DNA from: Camelus dromedarius
Lineage: Eukaryota
Assembly (NCBI RefSeq): GCF_036321535.1
Contig: NC_087437.1
Location: 31,250,001 to 31,314,000, forward strand
Direction of reading: 5' to 3'
DNA: 64,000 nt
The notes under the pieces were generated by a model, which saw only the letters and a list, made by a program, of their open reading frames with translations, was not told where the DNA came from and did no database searches. Every line of letters starts with the position of its first letter. Position 1 is the first letter of the stretch. Of the stretch, positions 40,281 to 53,700 are shown piece by piece. The position numbers and the translations under genes are program-made.

Positions 40281-41964
40281 AAGTTGAGTTCAGGTACAGG
40301 GAAAATCAAGTGTGTTTATGTTTACTCGATAAGTGAAAAATAAACAAAAAATATACTATGATTGCCTGTACTTTTCCATTTTAAAAGTCAAACACGTGTG
40401 TTGTAGATGTTAAACATCCTGGTAGATTCAAAGTGGATTCAGAGCTTTACTCAGTCGTCCAGTTTGGTATCATACTGTCCAAAAGTTAGGCTGCATTGGA
40501 GTTTTTACTAAAATAACCAGCTATTTGGCCACCACTGTGTATAGACGATACCTACTTCCCGTCATGATTTTCCCTCTCATCCTATGATGATGATACTAGA
40601 GTTAGAAATTGTCTTCTTTGGGGCCACATCAAAGAATTGTCACATCCCCAGCCACTCTGCCATCAATATCGGGTGCTAGCCTGTGAATTCCGACGATAAA
40701 TCTTGCTTAGAACAACCAGAGAAGTCAGTCGACTTGAATGAAGTACGGCTAGTGATTTTAACCAACTGAAATTAATTAATTTCCTAGGCTGAGCTAATGC
40801 ACAAAAGCATAAAACAGAGTTATTTCACAGGATTCTCTAGTTGCCATGTGGTGATTAGTTAAAAAGACCTGAAATCAATTTTTTTAAAGTATATACATTA
40901 GTAAAAATTTGCCCAAGCCCAAGCTCAAGAGGGAGCTTTGATTTCATTTTGAATAGAATTTCAATAAAATGTTTGTCTTAAGTTCCTAAAGAATATATTC
41001 TCTTGATGCCGTGCTGTTTCATAAGAGTGTGGACTTCCATCCCTTCCTCATTCCCTGGATCTATAGGAAGAGCTTTCCCTTTGTGTCAGATACAATCAGA
41101 AAGAATGGGCTCAGAGGGACCTCCGCATGGAGGAGAGCCATTCTCATGCTGTAGGTGAATATTCCAGCCACCACGAGAGGCCCAGTTCTCTGCCCTCCAG
41201 CCAGCACGACTTCTCTCTGTCACTGCAGAATGAGAGGCAGTTTCCTTACTTTTGAGACATCACAAACTAAGATATCAAGAATAAAAAGGCCAGCGTTGAG
41301 GTTGGGGAATGAAAATTAAAACCAGCATTCCACCCTGACCATCCATAACCATTTATAACAGGGCTCAAAGTAAAGTCACAGGCCGACTGCATTCAGTTTC
41401 CACTAGTTCTCAGGTCGGTTTTTGGTTTGTTATTCTTCTGGAAAGCAAGAGCATTCAGTAACCTCAAAACCAGTTACGAGCTCCGAATGCATCTTAGTAG
41501 CTACTAACTAAACATCTGTTGAATTAGGAAAACAGAAAAGCAAAGAAGAAACAAACAAAAACCAGTATTCTGGCAACGTGAGATTGTTTACAGGTAAAGT
41601 GAGACTAAACGATAAAAGGATGTTGGCTTCAGAGGTTCCTCAGTTTTCTTCTGTTTCTATTTAATTTCTGGATCTAGTGTTCACTCACTATATTTCTTAT
41701 TTGTCAACCTGAGTAGTCAACCTTAGTTTCAAAATTGCTAACTTATACCCCTATGAGAAATGAATTTGCCAACTAGAGAACAGTGTTCGTGTACAGTTCT
41801 TTTTGTCCTTAGCCTTACAGTATCTAGTCAAAGGACTTTTCCAAAGTTAAGTCAGGTCCTTTTTTCCCCACCCCTTCCGTGTGGTGTGTCATTCATTTGT
41901 GATACAGCTGGACCTCTAGTTCAGAGTGTGCATCTCTTCTTGGGTTCCCCTGACATCCCGGTAG

Positions 41965-43300
41965 AATTTTTTTTATTTGTATAGAATAAAATTTACTTTT
42001 TGTGTTTGTACAGTTGTATAGGTTTTGACAAATGCACAGTCATGCAGAGTAATTCCGTAACCCCCAAGGCTCCCTCATATTGCCGCTTTGTGGTCACCCT
42101 CTCCACCCACCACCAACCTGGGCAATTACTCATCTTTCTCTGCCCTTATAATCTTTCCCAGAATGTCATATAAGTGGCCTCATACAACATGTAGTCCTTT
42201 GACTTAGCAAACTGAGTTTAATTGCACTGATATTATTGCATGCATCATGAGTCAAGTTTATTTTTCTTGTTGAGTAGTACTCCGCTGTATGAATATACCT
42301 TAATGTGTTTACCCCTTCATCAGTTGACAGGCGTCTGGGTGGTTTCTAGTTTTCAGTGGATGATGAATAAAGTAGCTATGAACATTTGCTACAGTTGTTT
42401 GTGTAAACGTAAATTTTCGACTCACTTGGGTAAATGTCTAGAAGTGGAATCACTGAGTCTTGTGGTATGAGTGTGTTTAAATTTACAAGAAACTGTTAAG
42501 CTCTTTTCCAAAGTGGGCTGTATCATTTTGCATTTCCATCAGCAATGTATGAGTCTCCATTTGTTCTGCATCTTTGCCAGCATTTGGCATTATGTTTGGG
42601 TTTGATTTTGGTTTTATCTCATACACTCTGGTAAGTGTGTAGTGGTATCTCATTATGGGTTTAATTTATGTTTCCCTAATGCCTAATGATGTTGAGCATT
42701 TTTTCATCTGCTTAATTGCTACCCACATATCTTCTTTGGTGAAATGTCTGTTCAATACTTTCGATCGGACACAGGCCACCTTTGTATTGGGGTTTTGCAG
42801 ATATTTTCTAAGGGTCTGTAGCTTGTTTTTTCATTCTCCTAACACTGTCTTTCACAGATCAAAGGTTTTAAATTTTTATGAAGACTAGTTTTTCAGTTTT
42901 TTAATGGATCATCCTTTTGGTACTCTACCTAAAACTTTTGCCTAACCTATAATCTCACAGATTCTCTCTTATATTTTTTTTTTCTAGAACTTTCCTAGTT
43001 TTACACCTTGCATTTCAGTCTGTGAACCATTTTGAGTTAATTTTAGCGTAAGGTGAGAGGTTTGTATCAAGGTTCATTTTTTTTACATGTGGAAAATCAT
43101 TCCCTTTGTTCCAACACCATTTCTTGAAAAGACTGTCCTTTCTCCATTGAATTGTTTCTCCACTTTTGGCAAAAATCAGTTGACTGCATTTGTGTGGGGC
43201 TATTTCTGGTCTCTTCTGTTCTGTTTACTATCTGTGCTAGTCTATTTGTATGTGCTTCATTCCTTTTGATAATACCACATGGCTTCGATTACTGTAGCCA
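41965..43300 (-). mobile_element. L1M (L1MC/MD-like) fragment, about 1.3 kb, 3' UTR into end of ORF2
   Basis: gtagtggtatctcattatgggtttaattt...tgatgttgagcattttttcat...catttcttgaaaagactgtcctttctccattgaattg. Confidence 0.85.
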
Positions 43301-44054
43301 CATGAGCGATAGTTACTACATACAAATAAGAAGGTATAAAGCTAATCAGCAGTAAAGAAAGAAAGAACAGGAGAGACTCCAGGGCAGAAGAGCAGGTGGG
43401 AAGCCATTAATACAAGGGTCTGACCTGGTCTGGCCGTGAAGAAGGGAGGAGGGAGGTGAGGGATGGGGTGGAAGGGGCCCTTCAGGTTTTGCTCATTGAT
43501 TGGTTGTGGAGGCCAAAGGGAGGGAGGAGACAGATCTGTAGGGGTTAAAATATGTTGCTGTTTTTGGGAGGGGGTAGACAGGGAGCCACAGACTGATATT
43601 CTGAATTTGAAATGTACAATGTGGATTCAGATGGGGTGACCCACTGGTGGACTGACTGGAACCAACGAATCAGAACATAGAAGTAGACCTTGGTCATGAC
43701 TCTCCCTTTACCCCAGCTCTAGGCTCTGAGACTGTAAATACCAGAGGGCTGGGACTGGCCCTCGCAGTGGAACAGTGACCACAGTTAACCTAAGGGGCAG
43801 AGGGAGAGGAGGAAGAGGATGGGTCGGGGTAGAAGGCATCCTACTGAGCAGGTTCCCAAGCTCCAGCCTCTTGTGAAATAGAAGGGGCCCCAACACCTCC
43901 GCTGGTTGAAAGAAGAGTGAAAGGCCACAGTGTTTACTGTGTCCCTCCACTCAGGGAGGGCATAGGAACTCACTGTCCAGAAGAGGGAGCCTGTAGGAGA
44001 AGAAATGAGATGCCCGTGGCCACCATGAGCAGAGCTTGGATTCAAATGTATGTC

Positions 44055-44235
44055 TGTCTGATAACAGCTTGCACTTGGGGAGGATTTACCACGTGCCAAG
44101 CATCATCTTAAATGCTTCCATCCTCACATTTAACCCTCACAACAACCCTATGAGGTGGTTTCTATTATTATCCCCAGAAACAGATGGGGCAGGGAGGTTG
44201 GGTAACTTCCCAAGGCTTCAGTGATAGGAAGTTGT
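44055..44235 (-). mobile_element. MIR SINE
   Basis: catttaaccctcacaacaaccctatgaggtgg...tattattatcccca...ggtaacttcccaagg. Confidence 0.8.
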
Positions 44236-45912
44236 ACAGGGACTTCTGTGCTATATTGTACTTCGTCACTGCACTGTGCTGCCCAGTGTTTCCCAGTAAA
44301 CGGCAGGGCCTCCCTAGCTGGCAAATTGGGACAAGTGAGTGACAATGCAGTCTTTATTCACAGTAAAGTGATGGCATCAGAGCACCTACTATGAGCATCA
44401 CTGAACACCTACCATGGGCCCAGGACTTTGTTAGATGTTGGGAATAAACAGATGCATTAGACACAGTCCCCGCCCTCCCAGATCTCAGTCCGTGTACACA
44501 ATGAGTATAACATGTGCTGTGATGTGCGGCATTCTGACAGCAGGAGTAAAGGATGGGGCACAGAGAAAATAGGCATTCATTTTCTGTTCCTCTGTCAAGG
44601 AAAGTGAAAGGCAAACTAATTCATGATGGCTGGAAGCCTTTACTTCTGATTTAGTGAATATTTAAATGTCATCATGCCCCTTGGTCAGGCTCATGCCTCA
44701 GTCTCCGTCTCATTGCTGGCTTTGCTTTCTAAAGTGAAAGCAAGGCATTCACACACAGTAAACCGAATTGGGAAGATGTGGCGCATGAGACCTGCCTCAG
44801 ATACTTTTGTTTGTTTTATTTTGCCTTTGAAAACTGCACAGCTCATTACAGTAGAAACAGACACAGCTCTCATTACGAAGCGAGTGCTGGAGAAGACTTC
44901 ACCTCTGCTTCACCTTGTGGAACTTCTTTGAAAGTAAATCATCACCCTGGGGTGAAGAAGGCTTTGACATCTTTAGATTCTTAGTGTTGAAACTGGCAAG
45001 TACATGTATGGTATTTACATAGGAAAGTGTGATAATTGTCTTGAAGAGAGATGTAATCCTGGACAAAATTTGGAAGGGGGCAAAGCGTGTTCTCCCTTTT
45101 GGGGGCCCGCTTCCTTCACCTCCCACCACCTCTCTCAGAGGTTTAGTGCTTTCTTTCTTGATTGTTCTTTCTAATCCCTCCAAACTTGTATAAGAAGAAG
45201 ATCGGACACTTCTTCACACTAAAGTGTAAATGACTGATAATGGTTTATAGCCAGGCATCTCAAACTGGGGCAGCAGAGGGGGCCAAGGGGTACCCAGTAA
45301 AGCCACGGGACCAACATGACACATCTCTGAGACAACAAACTTGCTGGAAGATTTGGGAAGGAAGCACTATTTTATATTAAAATAAACACAAGTATAATAT
45401 GGAATGAAATATGAAGTGAATAAACAAATGTAAATTTTTATGAAAGAAATATTGTGCATGAGGCTAAAGTCCCAGAACCCTGGGGACGGCAAATCCTCTT
45501 CTGCCTCCCATACCCCGGGGGCAGGCTCGGCAGTCTTCCTGGCTGCAGGCGGGTGGATGAGGCCCTTGAGAAGCCCTGTAACCAGAGACTTTAAGGTCAA
45601 GGATTTATACCCATAAAGAAATAACCCCAGCAGCCAGCTTGAGTTTTAAGTAAATTCAGTAAGGGCCTTCGAAATAGGTTTTTATCCACTAAAAATAAGC
45701 AAGTAAGAAGGGATACTAAACACTGACACTATCAACTTTATTATGCAAATTTTAAGTAGTAGCTGTGGGGTATGGCATATTTAATTTTGCTTTCAAAACT
45801 TTTCAAGGTTGCCCTCCCTCCCAGTCTAAAAAAGATGCTTTTAAGCTCTTGTTGCTTTGTGGCAGATGCCTGTACCAAGAGGCATTTTTTAAACATTCAT
45901 CTTTTCACTGCA

Positions 45913-46398
45913 TTCAAGGTTCTTGATGCATGGACCCCTCTGGCAGTCTGGGGATGCCTACAGCCTCCTTAGTAAAAGTGCTTTTAAACACATAACATAA
46001 AATATACAGGAGTCTGATTAAATGGAAATCCAGTTCAAAATATTTAAAATGCAAATTTGCAAACTAGTAAAACATGCATTTCTTTGTTAATATATTAAAT
46101 AACACGCTCTAGGAGTGAGTCAAACACCACGGTTTCCAAAAGCTGATGAGTGTAAACAGTGAGCGCAAATCGTTTTCTGAGCTCTCCGAGGCTACCGTGA
46201 TGTGACAGAAAAATACCTGTAATTTCCTTTTGTTGCAAAGTTACAGTTAATGTGAGTACTTCTGTGGTTTCTTACCTACATTTGTACTTGAAAGAGAAGC
46301 TACATTTCAGTTAGAAGTTGGTGAAAAATAAAAACATATTTTTGTCCCGTTGCAGTTCATGAACCCTCGAATTATATGCCCTGAGATAAAGGTTCTAG
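45913..46398. mobile_element. Charlie4a-like hAT DNA transposon
   Basis: ggacccctctggcagtctgg...attaaataaca...ctgtggttt...atttcagttagaagttggtgaaaaataaa...agttcatgaaccc. Confidence 0.7.
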
Positions 46399-47149
46399 AA
46401 TTTTCTGACGTCAGACTCTAAGTTTTGATTTCCAGCTGTCTCAGATACTTGAGACAGAAACAGCAATGCGTAACTTTTATTTAAGTGAGAAGTAGGCCCA
46501 GGTGAGCACTTCTCAGCCGTTATCCCCCCTCCATCCCTGCGTCTGTATAGCCCCGTCCACACAAGCTGTGTTCCATCTCCATTCCCTGCTCCTGGTGGTC
46601 ACGGAAGAAAGGTTCCAAATTTCTCAGACCCACACAATTTCTCCAAACTGCCTTTACCAACAAAGTACCACCCCCTCCTTTGCCTCACTTGTCTATCTTT
46701 ATCTGCTGTTTCCCACTATCTTAATGATTCCAGCAAAATGACTCACAATTCACATTTAATAGATTCAGAATGTTTGCCATGTCTAAGCACAAATCCACGA
46801 AGTGAGTGGATCCTAGAGTCAGGGAAGTGGGCCGTGAAGGCCACAGAGGCAGCCTCCTAACCACTTTGTGCCTGAACCAGAGCCCCACCAGAGTTAGCGT
46901 TTGAGACACCACTTTTCCTAGAAAATAAGAAAGGTGGAAAGTAAAAAGCATTGAGTGAGCACTGACGAATCCAGGGACTGGGGCTGCACTTACATTTTCT
47001 CAATCTCTGACAAAATAAAAAAAAACAGTGGGCTATTAATATCCCCATTTATGAATGAGGAAAGAGGCTAAAAAAGACGATGTGCCCAGGTCACACACGC
47101 TGGTAAGCATCATTTCTGCACCCACCTCCTCAGTCTGCCCAGCCTGACC

Positions 47150-48370
47150 TCCACTCACGGCGCCACTGAAATGACTGCCCAGAGGTCGCCAGCTGTCCCT
47201 GTGGGGCTGAACGTGCAGGGCGTCTCTGTCCTCCCCACCCTGGATTCCTCTGCAGCCTTCAACCCTGCTGGCCACTCACACCCTGTTGAAACCGGCTCTA
47301 CCTCTGGCTTCAATGGTGTCACTCTCTGGTCCTCTCCTACATCTTGACCTCCTCCTTCTCAGCTTCCTTTGCCAACGTAGCTTCCTGTTGGCCGTCTATG
47401 ATGGTGGAGCGGCTCAGGGCCGGCCCGGGCACCCTCTTCTCTAACTGAACACTGCCTCTCTGGGCAGTTGACCCAGGCCCACAGTGCCCATTACCCTTGA
47501 TACCCAGAAAGCCCTCTCCCTGCTCTGAGCTCCAAGCAGCTAACGTGGATATCTCATGGGCAATTGCCCATGTGCCCAAAGGTTCAAAATACTTGTGTTT
47601 GTTGAATGTGACCGCAGTGAAAAGCACCCCTCTTCACCCAGCCACCCAAGTCAGAAACCTGAGAATGGCCCATTACTCCTCTTTCTCTTTCTCCCTCCCA
47701 TTCAGACACCAAGTCCTGTAGATTTTGCCCACTGAGAATACCTGGACTCTCCCCTATTCTCCTTCCTCCACTGAATCCCATCTCAAGAAACCATCACTTC
47801 TCATCAGCATGGCCAAAATAGCCCCAAAGCTCCTCTTCTTGCCTCCCTTCAGCCCATTTCTCCTGCTGAAGGTTTTCAGCAATTTTCCATTACTACTTCA
47901 TATTGAGACCAAAATTGGTAACATAATCAGTAAGGCCCAGTTTGACCAACTTCCTACCACCCCCACCAGACTCACCTGCCCTGTACTTGATTCAGTTTTC
48001 AACTACCCATGCTTCTTCCAGCCTCTGAGCCTTTGCACATGCTGTTCACTCTGCTTGGAATGCTAATCCCTACTCTTTTCATTAAGTTACTTCCTACTCC
48101 TCCTTTGGATCTTGGTTTAAATGCTGCATCCCTAGGGAAGCTCATCCGCACCGGTCAGCTTCCCCAACATGCAATTTTACACTTAGGTATACTGATCTTT
48201 TATTTAGCACAACAGTCAAATCATTAGTCGACTATTTAACATGTTTCCCCTTTTGTGATGTAAGCTCCAGGGGAGCAGCAACTATCTGTTACTCTGCCCA
48301 TCCCCACATCCTAATACAAGGCCTGGTATGTAGGTGAAACTCAGCACATCTCTATTGAACTAATTAATTA
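47150..48370 (+). mobile_element. LINE-2 fragment (ORF2 remnant to 3' end)
   Basis: ctctgcagccttcaaccctgctggccact...tgagctccaa...tgtaagctccaggggagcag...cctggtatgtagg. Confidence 0.65.
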
Positions 48371-50929
48371 ATTACAGGCAAGTCTCTTGTTGCCATACTT
48401 CTCTACACTTTTCTGGAAGGACACAGAACAACAGGTCATTTTATATGTCCAACGAAAATGAAAAAGAACCCAGGTGGAATGTATAACAAATGACTTGAAC
48501 TTGTAAATCAAAGAATCTGAAAGAATCTCATTCTGCTTTGCTGCTACTTAGATAAAGGAAAGAATGAAAGAAGGTTTCATGGTGTCACTTATCAATGTCT
48601 GTCATCAAAATGCAAGCCTAAATCATTTATGTGCCTGGTGGTTTCCAAATGAATCATTGTTCACTATCAACAGTGATGAATGATGCCCTCATGAGAAAAC
48701 GTTATTACCATTTGTAGTCACCTTCCTGGCTGTCAAAATGCATGTTCTCATACAACCATCAAAACCAGCTGGCTGACAAATGAACATACCTTCTGCTCTG
48801 GATTTTTTAAGAACAGTTAAATGTACTTTTTTTTTAAATTCCATACCCCAGATTTGACTAGTAGCTTCCACGTAAGGCACCACACACAGCAGAGTGAGAT
48901 TTAGAGGATAAGAAAGATGTTCAGCTAGACAGACACAGCAGATGATGTAATAAGCCAAGCACATGAAAACCAGGTCAAACCAAACTTGTTTCTGCCAGCC
49001 TACTGTGGCCACCGGAGTTCCTTACAGATGCTTTCAGTTTGTCTCTGTTGTGTCAACCTTTAAATAAGGGATTTTGTCCCCTGCTATGTGCTTCTTTCTT
49101 GGTCAAATGCAAGGTACCTATTTTAGCTAGCTATTCCTCTCTTCCAAGCAGTTTACAATTGTGAATAATGTCTAAGATACACATATTCAGAAACAAGCAA
49201 TTTAGAACAATGCACTTAGGCTGCTAATCTGCTTTTAGCATCTTGGATTTGTAAAGGACCTGTGAGCATCAAATGGCTTTCAATACTGTGCCTAAGTGGC
49301 ACTTGATTTCAGTTCTCACAACTCTACAATTGCCTTAAAATAAAAGGAGCAGGATGGATGCTCCACAAAATGCCACTAGAAATTATGTTTAATGCCTCTT
49401 CCATGGAAAGAACCACTGTCTTAAAACAAGATCAGCCACTGAGAGGACAACCCTGCCTTCAGAAGGGAGAAGTGCAACCTGTGACCTCTCAAGAAGTTAC
49501 ATTCCTTCTCCAGTAACTCTTTCCCAAAGCTTTGACTTAAGATTTAGGATTTCCAAAATTTGACTGACAAAGCTAAGTGTCCCGCGCCCCCATGTTGATG
49601 TCATTCATTTCTAATATTAGCAGCAGAGCCGCTCAGGTTCACCTGGGAAAGAGGAACTTTTATTTTGAGTTGAACAGGAGCACAAACTAAAAATGAACAC
49701 AGTGAGACTGCCTTCTGGTATATCTGACACACATAAAATAGAGAAGCCAGTGCAATGCATCTGTTTTGAATCAAATGGGAAAGGAATTCAATCTGATTGG
49801 AAACTTGATGTGCTTACAGAATTTTTATGTAGCCTCACTTGTGCTCATGCTGAGGAATTAAGAAATAAAATGAAAGATGTAAAGTTGTTTCGATACACAG
49901 TGTCACACAAGGTCATGAAATGGTCATGAAAATTCCATATGAGTGGGATAGAGACAATTCCAGGACATCTGTCACAGCCCAGCGTGATGTGTAGACTTGG
50001 CCAATATTCAGTGTTAGAGCCACACAAACAAGCTTTTGGATGATATATTTTGGACTCATTAGATCAGAAGAGCCAAGTATTTGGCCTTCTATTATCCAGC
50101 GGGGCTTAAATGGATCAGAGTGGCTGAACGGTCACCCCACCCCCACTTGGTGTCGTGCAGTCATGGCCACGGGCTGGACGCAAGTCCGCCATTGGGAATC
50201 ACGGAAACTGTGTTAGAATTCCACGCCCTGAGCTGGAGGGAGCTATTCTCTCCTATCTTGTCCATCTACAAAGCGCATAGCATCAGTGTGTGTCAAGAGT
50301 GCTCTGCCTGGTGGGGGTCTCACAAAGGGACCTACACTTGGAACAAGTGAAGGCAATGGGCTTAGAGGCTAGAAGGGGCACATGCACAGAAAATGCCTCT
50401 CACTGTAAAAACAACCAGCTGACTTTGGTAACCATCTACCCCTCTAGTGGGTAAAATATTGAGAGGAAGAGTTAAAGGAAATAAAAACACCAAGCCTCAG
50501 TGCAGGATGTAGCACCACGGTATCAATGTTTGTCTGTAATTGAACGTTTCTTACAGTGCAAAATCTTCTAAGACTTCACTCCAGAAAAGCTGGCCAGGGT
50601 GTTTAAGCAACTATGGCAATGAAAGAACCACGCTGAGTACTTGCTACTTTGTAGTTTGTGTTGGCTGACAATTCTCAAGTTGCTGACATTTGGCCTTCTA
50701 AACCCAGAGCAGAGTGATCATCGTCTTCCTAAGTCACTGTCGTAAGGTGTCCCCGCCTCGGGTGCCGAGATGGTGCTCAGTAAGTGCCCAGTGACATAAC
50801 CTTGCCCGATTTGAGCTTGTTAGAAAGATTTCTTCCCCTGCACAGTTTTCTGCACCAAGTTCTTCCTCCCTGTCACGCTCAGAGTCACTCAAAGATACTC
50901 AAATTACATGAAACTCCTTACCGAGGTCT

Positions 50930-51160
50930 TTTCCCCCATGACACCCACATAGTTATGCAAATACAAGCCTGAGATAGGCTCCCCTACGTGTTCCCAAAGA
51001 CCTCCATGGGAGGACATAGCCCACCATACTGTGATTACATGGTTGTTGTCCTGTGTCCCTCAGACAACGCAGAGGACAGAGAACTGTGCCTTGTTCCTCT
51101 CTGTATCCCCATGACCTTGCACATTGCCTGGAACATGGTAACCTGTCAATAAATCTTCAC
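50930..51160 (+). mobile_element. LINE-2 3' end
   Basis: gaggacagagaactgtgccttgttcctctctgtatcccca...gcacattgcctggaacatggta...tcaataaat. Confidence 0.7.
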
Positions 51161-51651
51161 TGATTCCTCAGCATGGAATAGCTCTACCTGGAAGACTGTT
51201 CTTCACTTATATATGTCTTTGCTTTTTTTTGTTTTGGTGTAGGGCTTTTTTTAATTCTTCCTACTGTACAGTTGTTGCTCTGAATTCTTATCCTTTAAAA
51301 TCAGTAGACTCTTAGACCACAAAGCAAGACCTTCTGGCTGTACATCCTGTGGTTTTCTGAGAAACTACCAAAAGAACAATTCCTTATGCAAATTATTTTC
51401 ATGGGAGAAGTAAAATTATTTTTCTCCTATTGAGCAGTTCAAAATATTTTTCACATACACCTTTATGTAATTGTTTCCTTCCGGGTGGACGTAACTAACT
51501 TATATGGGAAAATTGAGCACTGTGTCTGTGAGAGGGTGAGCAGGGTCAGAAAGCACCCAAAATAATTATGCTTTACGTTTGTTTACTGTGAACACGTTAA
51601 CATACATTGTCATGCTCCAGCCCCACAACAGTGATGCTGGATGAACAACAC

Positions 51652-52294
51652 TGTTGCGGGTGACTGGGTTCTTGTCCCGTCGTAGAAAGAATTCCGAGAT
51701 GGGATGTGGAGGTCAAGAAAGTAAAGTGAGGATTTATTAAGGGACAGGTAGAACACTCTCAAGGGGAGAGCGGGCAGGCTCAGGTGAGCAGCTGCCCTCA
51801 GTTTTTTTGGTAAGTTGGTTACATAGAGCATAAAAATGAATGGGCAGAATATTCATTGGGGAGGGAAGGGTTTGGGGTCATATTCCCTGATTTTCATCCC
51901 AGCTCCACCTTCCTGAAGAGAAGAGGGATTTTTGTCCTTATTTAGTCTGGATCAGAAGTGTCATGGCTTCGGTGCTTGATGGGTACTTCTATTCTGAAAG
52001 GCTAATTTTATTGAAATGAGAGCATAATGAGCAAAAGGTCATACTCGGACACTGGAGATTCCTGCCTTTTCCCACCTTTCTTTGTCACCTCCAGGTCACT
52101 TGTCACCCCAAAATGTGTGACCACTTATCAGCCCAGAGGTTCCTGCTTTTCCTTCTCTGCCCAGGAACCCCTGTTGTTTACATGATGTAGGGTTTCCTGC
52201 TTTTGGCCCGTGCCCCTCCTTTCTGCCCAATTCCTGCCATTTGGCCTATGTCCCCCTTTCTCTGCTCATACCTAGCTATCTGCCTGCTCTAAGA
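51652..52294 (-). mobile_element. Solo ERV LTR (about 640 bp), lineage-specific, inserted in a MIR
   Basis: Starts TGTTGCGG and ends ...ctctaaGA (degenerate CA). Minus-strand AATAAA at 51733-51738. Flanks are acac (51648-51651) and gcac (52295-52298). MIR core cccattttac...caaggtcac resumes right after it. Confidence 0.75.
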
Positions 52295-52299
52295 GCACC

Positions 52300-52410
52300 G
52301 ACATTAATATCCCATTTTACTATGAAGAAATTGAACCCCTCAAGGGAGGAAGTGATTTCTTCAAGGTCACCTAGCTAGTTGTGACAACCACACAAAAACC
52401 TGGGTCTTTC
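52300..52410 (-). mobile_element. MIR core fragment
   Basis: atcccattttactatgaagaaattgaa...aagtgatttcttcaaggtcacctagctagt. Confidence 0.7.
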
Positions 52411-53031
52411 AACTGTTTGCAGTGTGATGCACCTTGGGTGATGCTGTGAAATGACATGTGTTGCTTAGGTGGCATTTATAGACTATAATAGTAAGCAGAG
52501 AAAAGAAACAGAGGCAAAAACAAGAGCACCGATTACTAACTCTAAAGGAGCAAAACTGAGGAAGAATCAAGAGAGAACCTGGGAGGACTGAGTTCTGCTG
52601 CCGTCGGAAAAGTTGGTACTGGTTTATTTGGGTAGAAGCAGGGGGAAAAGTTGTGCACTTGTAAGAGCATCTGATCAGAGAGTAAGGAATGCACTTTTCT
52701 ACCATGTTTCAATAATGTGAGCTTCACCTCCTCGCATTGGACCCCTGCAAAGTTCTGTGAGGCATCCTCTCTCTGAGAATCCGACTCCTTCTCTGATGGC
52801 TGCTAGGCGGGTAACAGGAAGATGGGTTGGGTCTGGGTCTCCACAGACAGACACTGTGTAGTGAGGATTAGAGTCCCTAGTTCTCTCCCTGTTTAGAGAG
52901 TGAAACTATGTTTCCTTTTTCTGGTAGACTTTTAAGGATGAAAAGCAAAGGTGTTGAGGAGTAAAAGAAGAGCCATTTAAGGACTCTCTGACCCTCTTGT
53001 AGGAATTTTGTGTAGCCTTTTATAAAAAAAA

Positions 53032-53066
53032 AATATATGTATATATATATACATATGTGTATATAC

Positions 53067-53129
<63 letters not shown>

Positions 53130-53140
53130 TATATATATAT
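53032..53140. repeat. Compound (TA)n/(TG)/(CA)n microsatellite
   Basis: Read directly: about 110 bp of alternating purine-pyrimidine. Confidence 0.95.
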
Positions 53141-53224
53141 AAAATTTAGTTTAAATAGCCTAAAGGATTATTTTGTATTTGTTCTTTGAATAATCCCCAT
53201 CCGTAATAATATGTTTTAGAAGTC

Positions 53225-53375
53225 AGTTTGTTGGTTATTCAGCCAACAAATATTTACTAAGGCTCCACTGGGTCAGGCTTTGTTGATGAATAATGATGAA
53301 TAATGAAAAGACTGGTTGGTAAATAAGATACAGATCTTGCCTTCAAGGAACTCACATTCTAGAAGGAGAGAGACA
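53225..53375 (-). mobile_element. LINE-2 3' end fragment
   Basis: attcagccaacaaatatttactaagg...aataagataca...tgccttcaaggaactcacattcta. Confidence 0.7.
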
Positions 53376-53656
53376 ATACAATTTGAAGCAACTTAATAAA
53401 GAAGATCATTCAGGACTGGAAAGCTGTGTTTTGTGGGGCCACTTCATTGTTGTACTGAGCCTAAGCGCGTTTGGGGGTCTCCCCAGTGCCCAAATGGAGA
53501 CGAGAGAGCCTCTTCCCCAACCACAGACCTGCCCCTGGGGCTCTGCCTCTACCAAGATTCCAGTCAAGATCAACGCCATCAAAAGTAGATTTAATAGTCA
53601 GAGTTAAAATTCACCCAAAGAAACGATGACCATGTGTTGCTTTATTTTTATTCTAG

Positions 53657-53700
53657 GAATCTTGGAAAATCAGGACTCAGAGTTTCTTGCTTGGGTCTTG
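53657..53700 (+). CDS. KCNAB1: Internal coding exon (44 nt) of a voltage-gated potassium channel beta subunit (Kv-beta1), first common core exon
   Basis: Acceptor tttatttttattctAG (53655-53656) and donor GTAAGT (53701-53706). Reads G AAT CTT GGA AAA TCA GGA CTC AGA GTT TCT TGC TTG GGT CTT G = (R)NLGKSGLRVSCLGL(G), the conserved Kv-beta core start. The peptide is shared by KCNAB1/2/3. KCNAB1 is favoured by the AT-rich codon usage, which matches my recollection of KCNAB1, and by the absence of any other exon for >53 kb upstream and >10 kb downstream (KCNAB2/3 core regions are compact). Confidence 0.93.

Larger units (their letters stand above)
1..53656 (+). other. KCNAB1: Distal part of the large intron preceding the common exon (KCNAB1 alternative first exons would lie upstream of the window)
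   Basis: No Kv-beta N-terminal exon recognised in the window. KCNAB1 is known to splice distant alternative first exons to this exon. Confidence 0.75.

Noticed and set aside
41580..41600. Recursive splice site candidates (AG/GT junctions such as tttacag/gtaaag; also near 24645 and 32267)
   Set aside because: None combines a strong polypyrimidine tract with a consensus GTAAG/GTGAG donor. My scan was by eye and not exhaustive.
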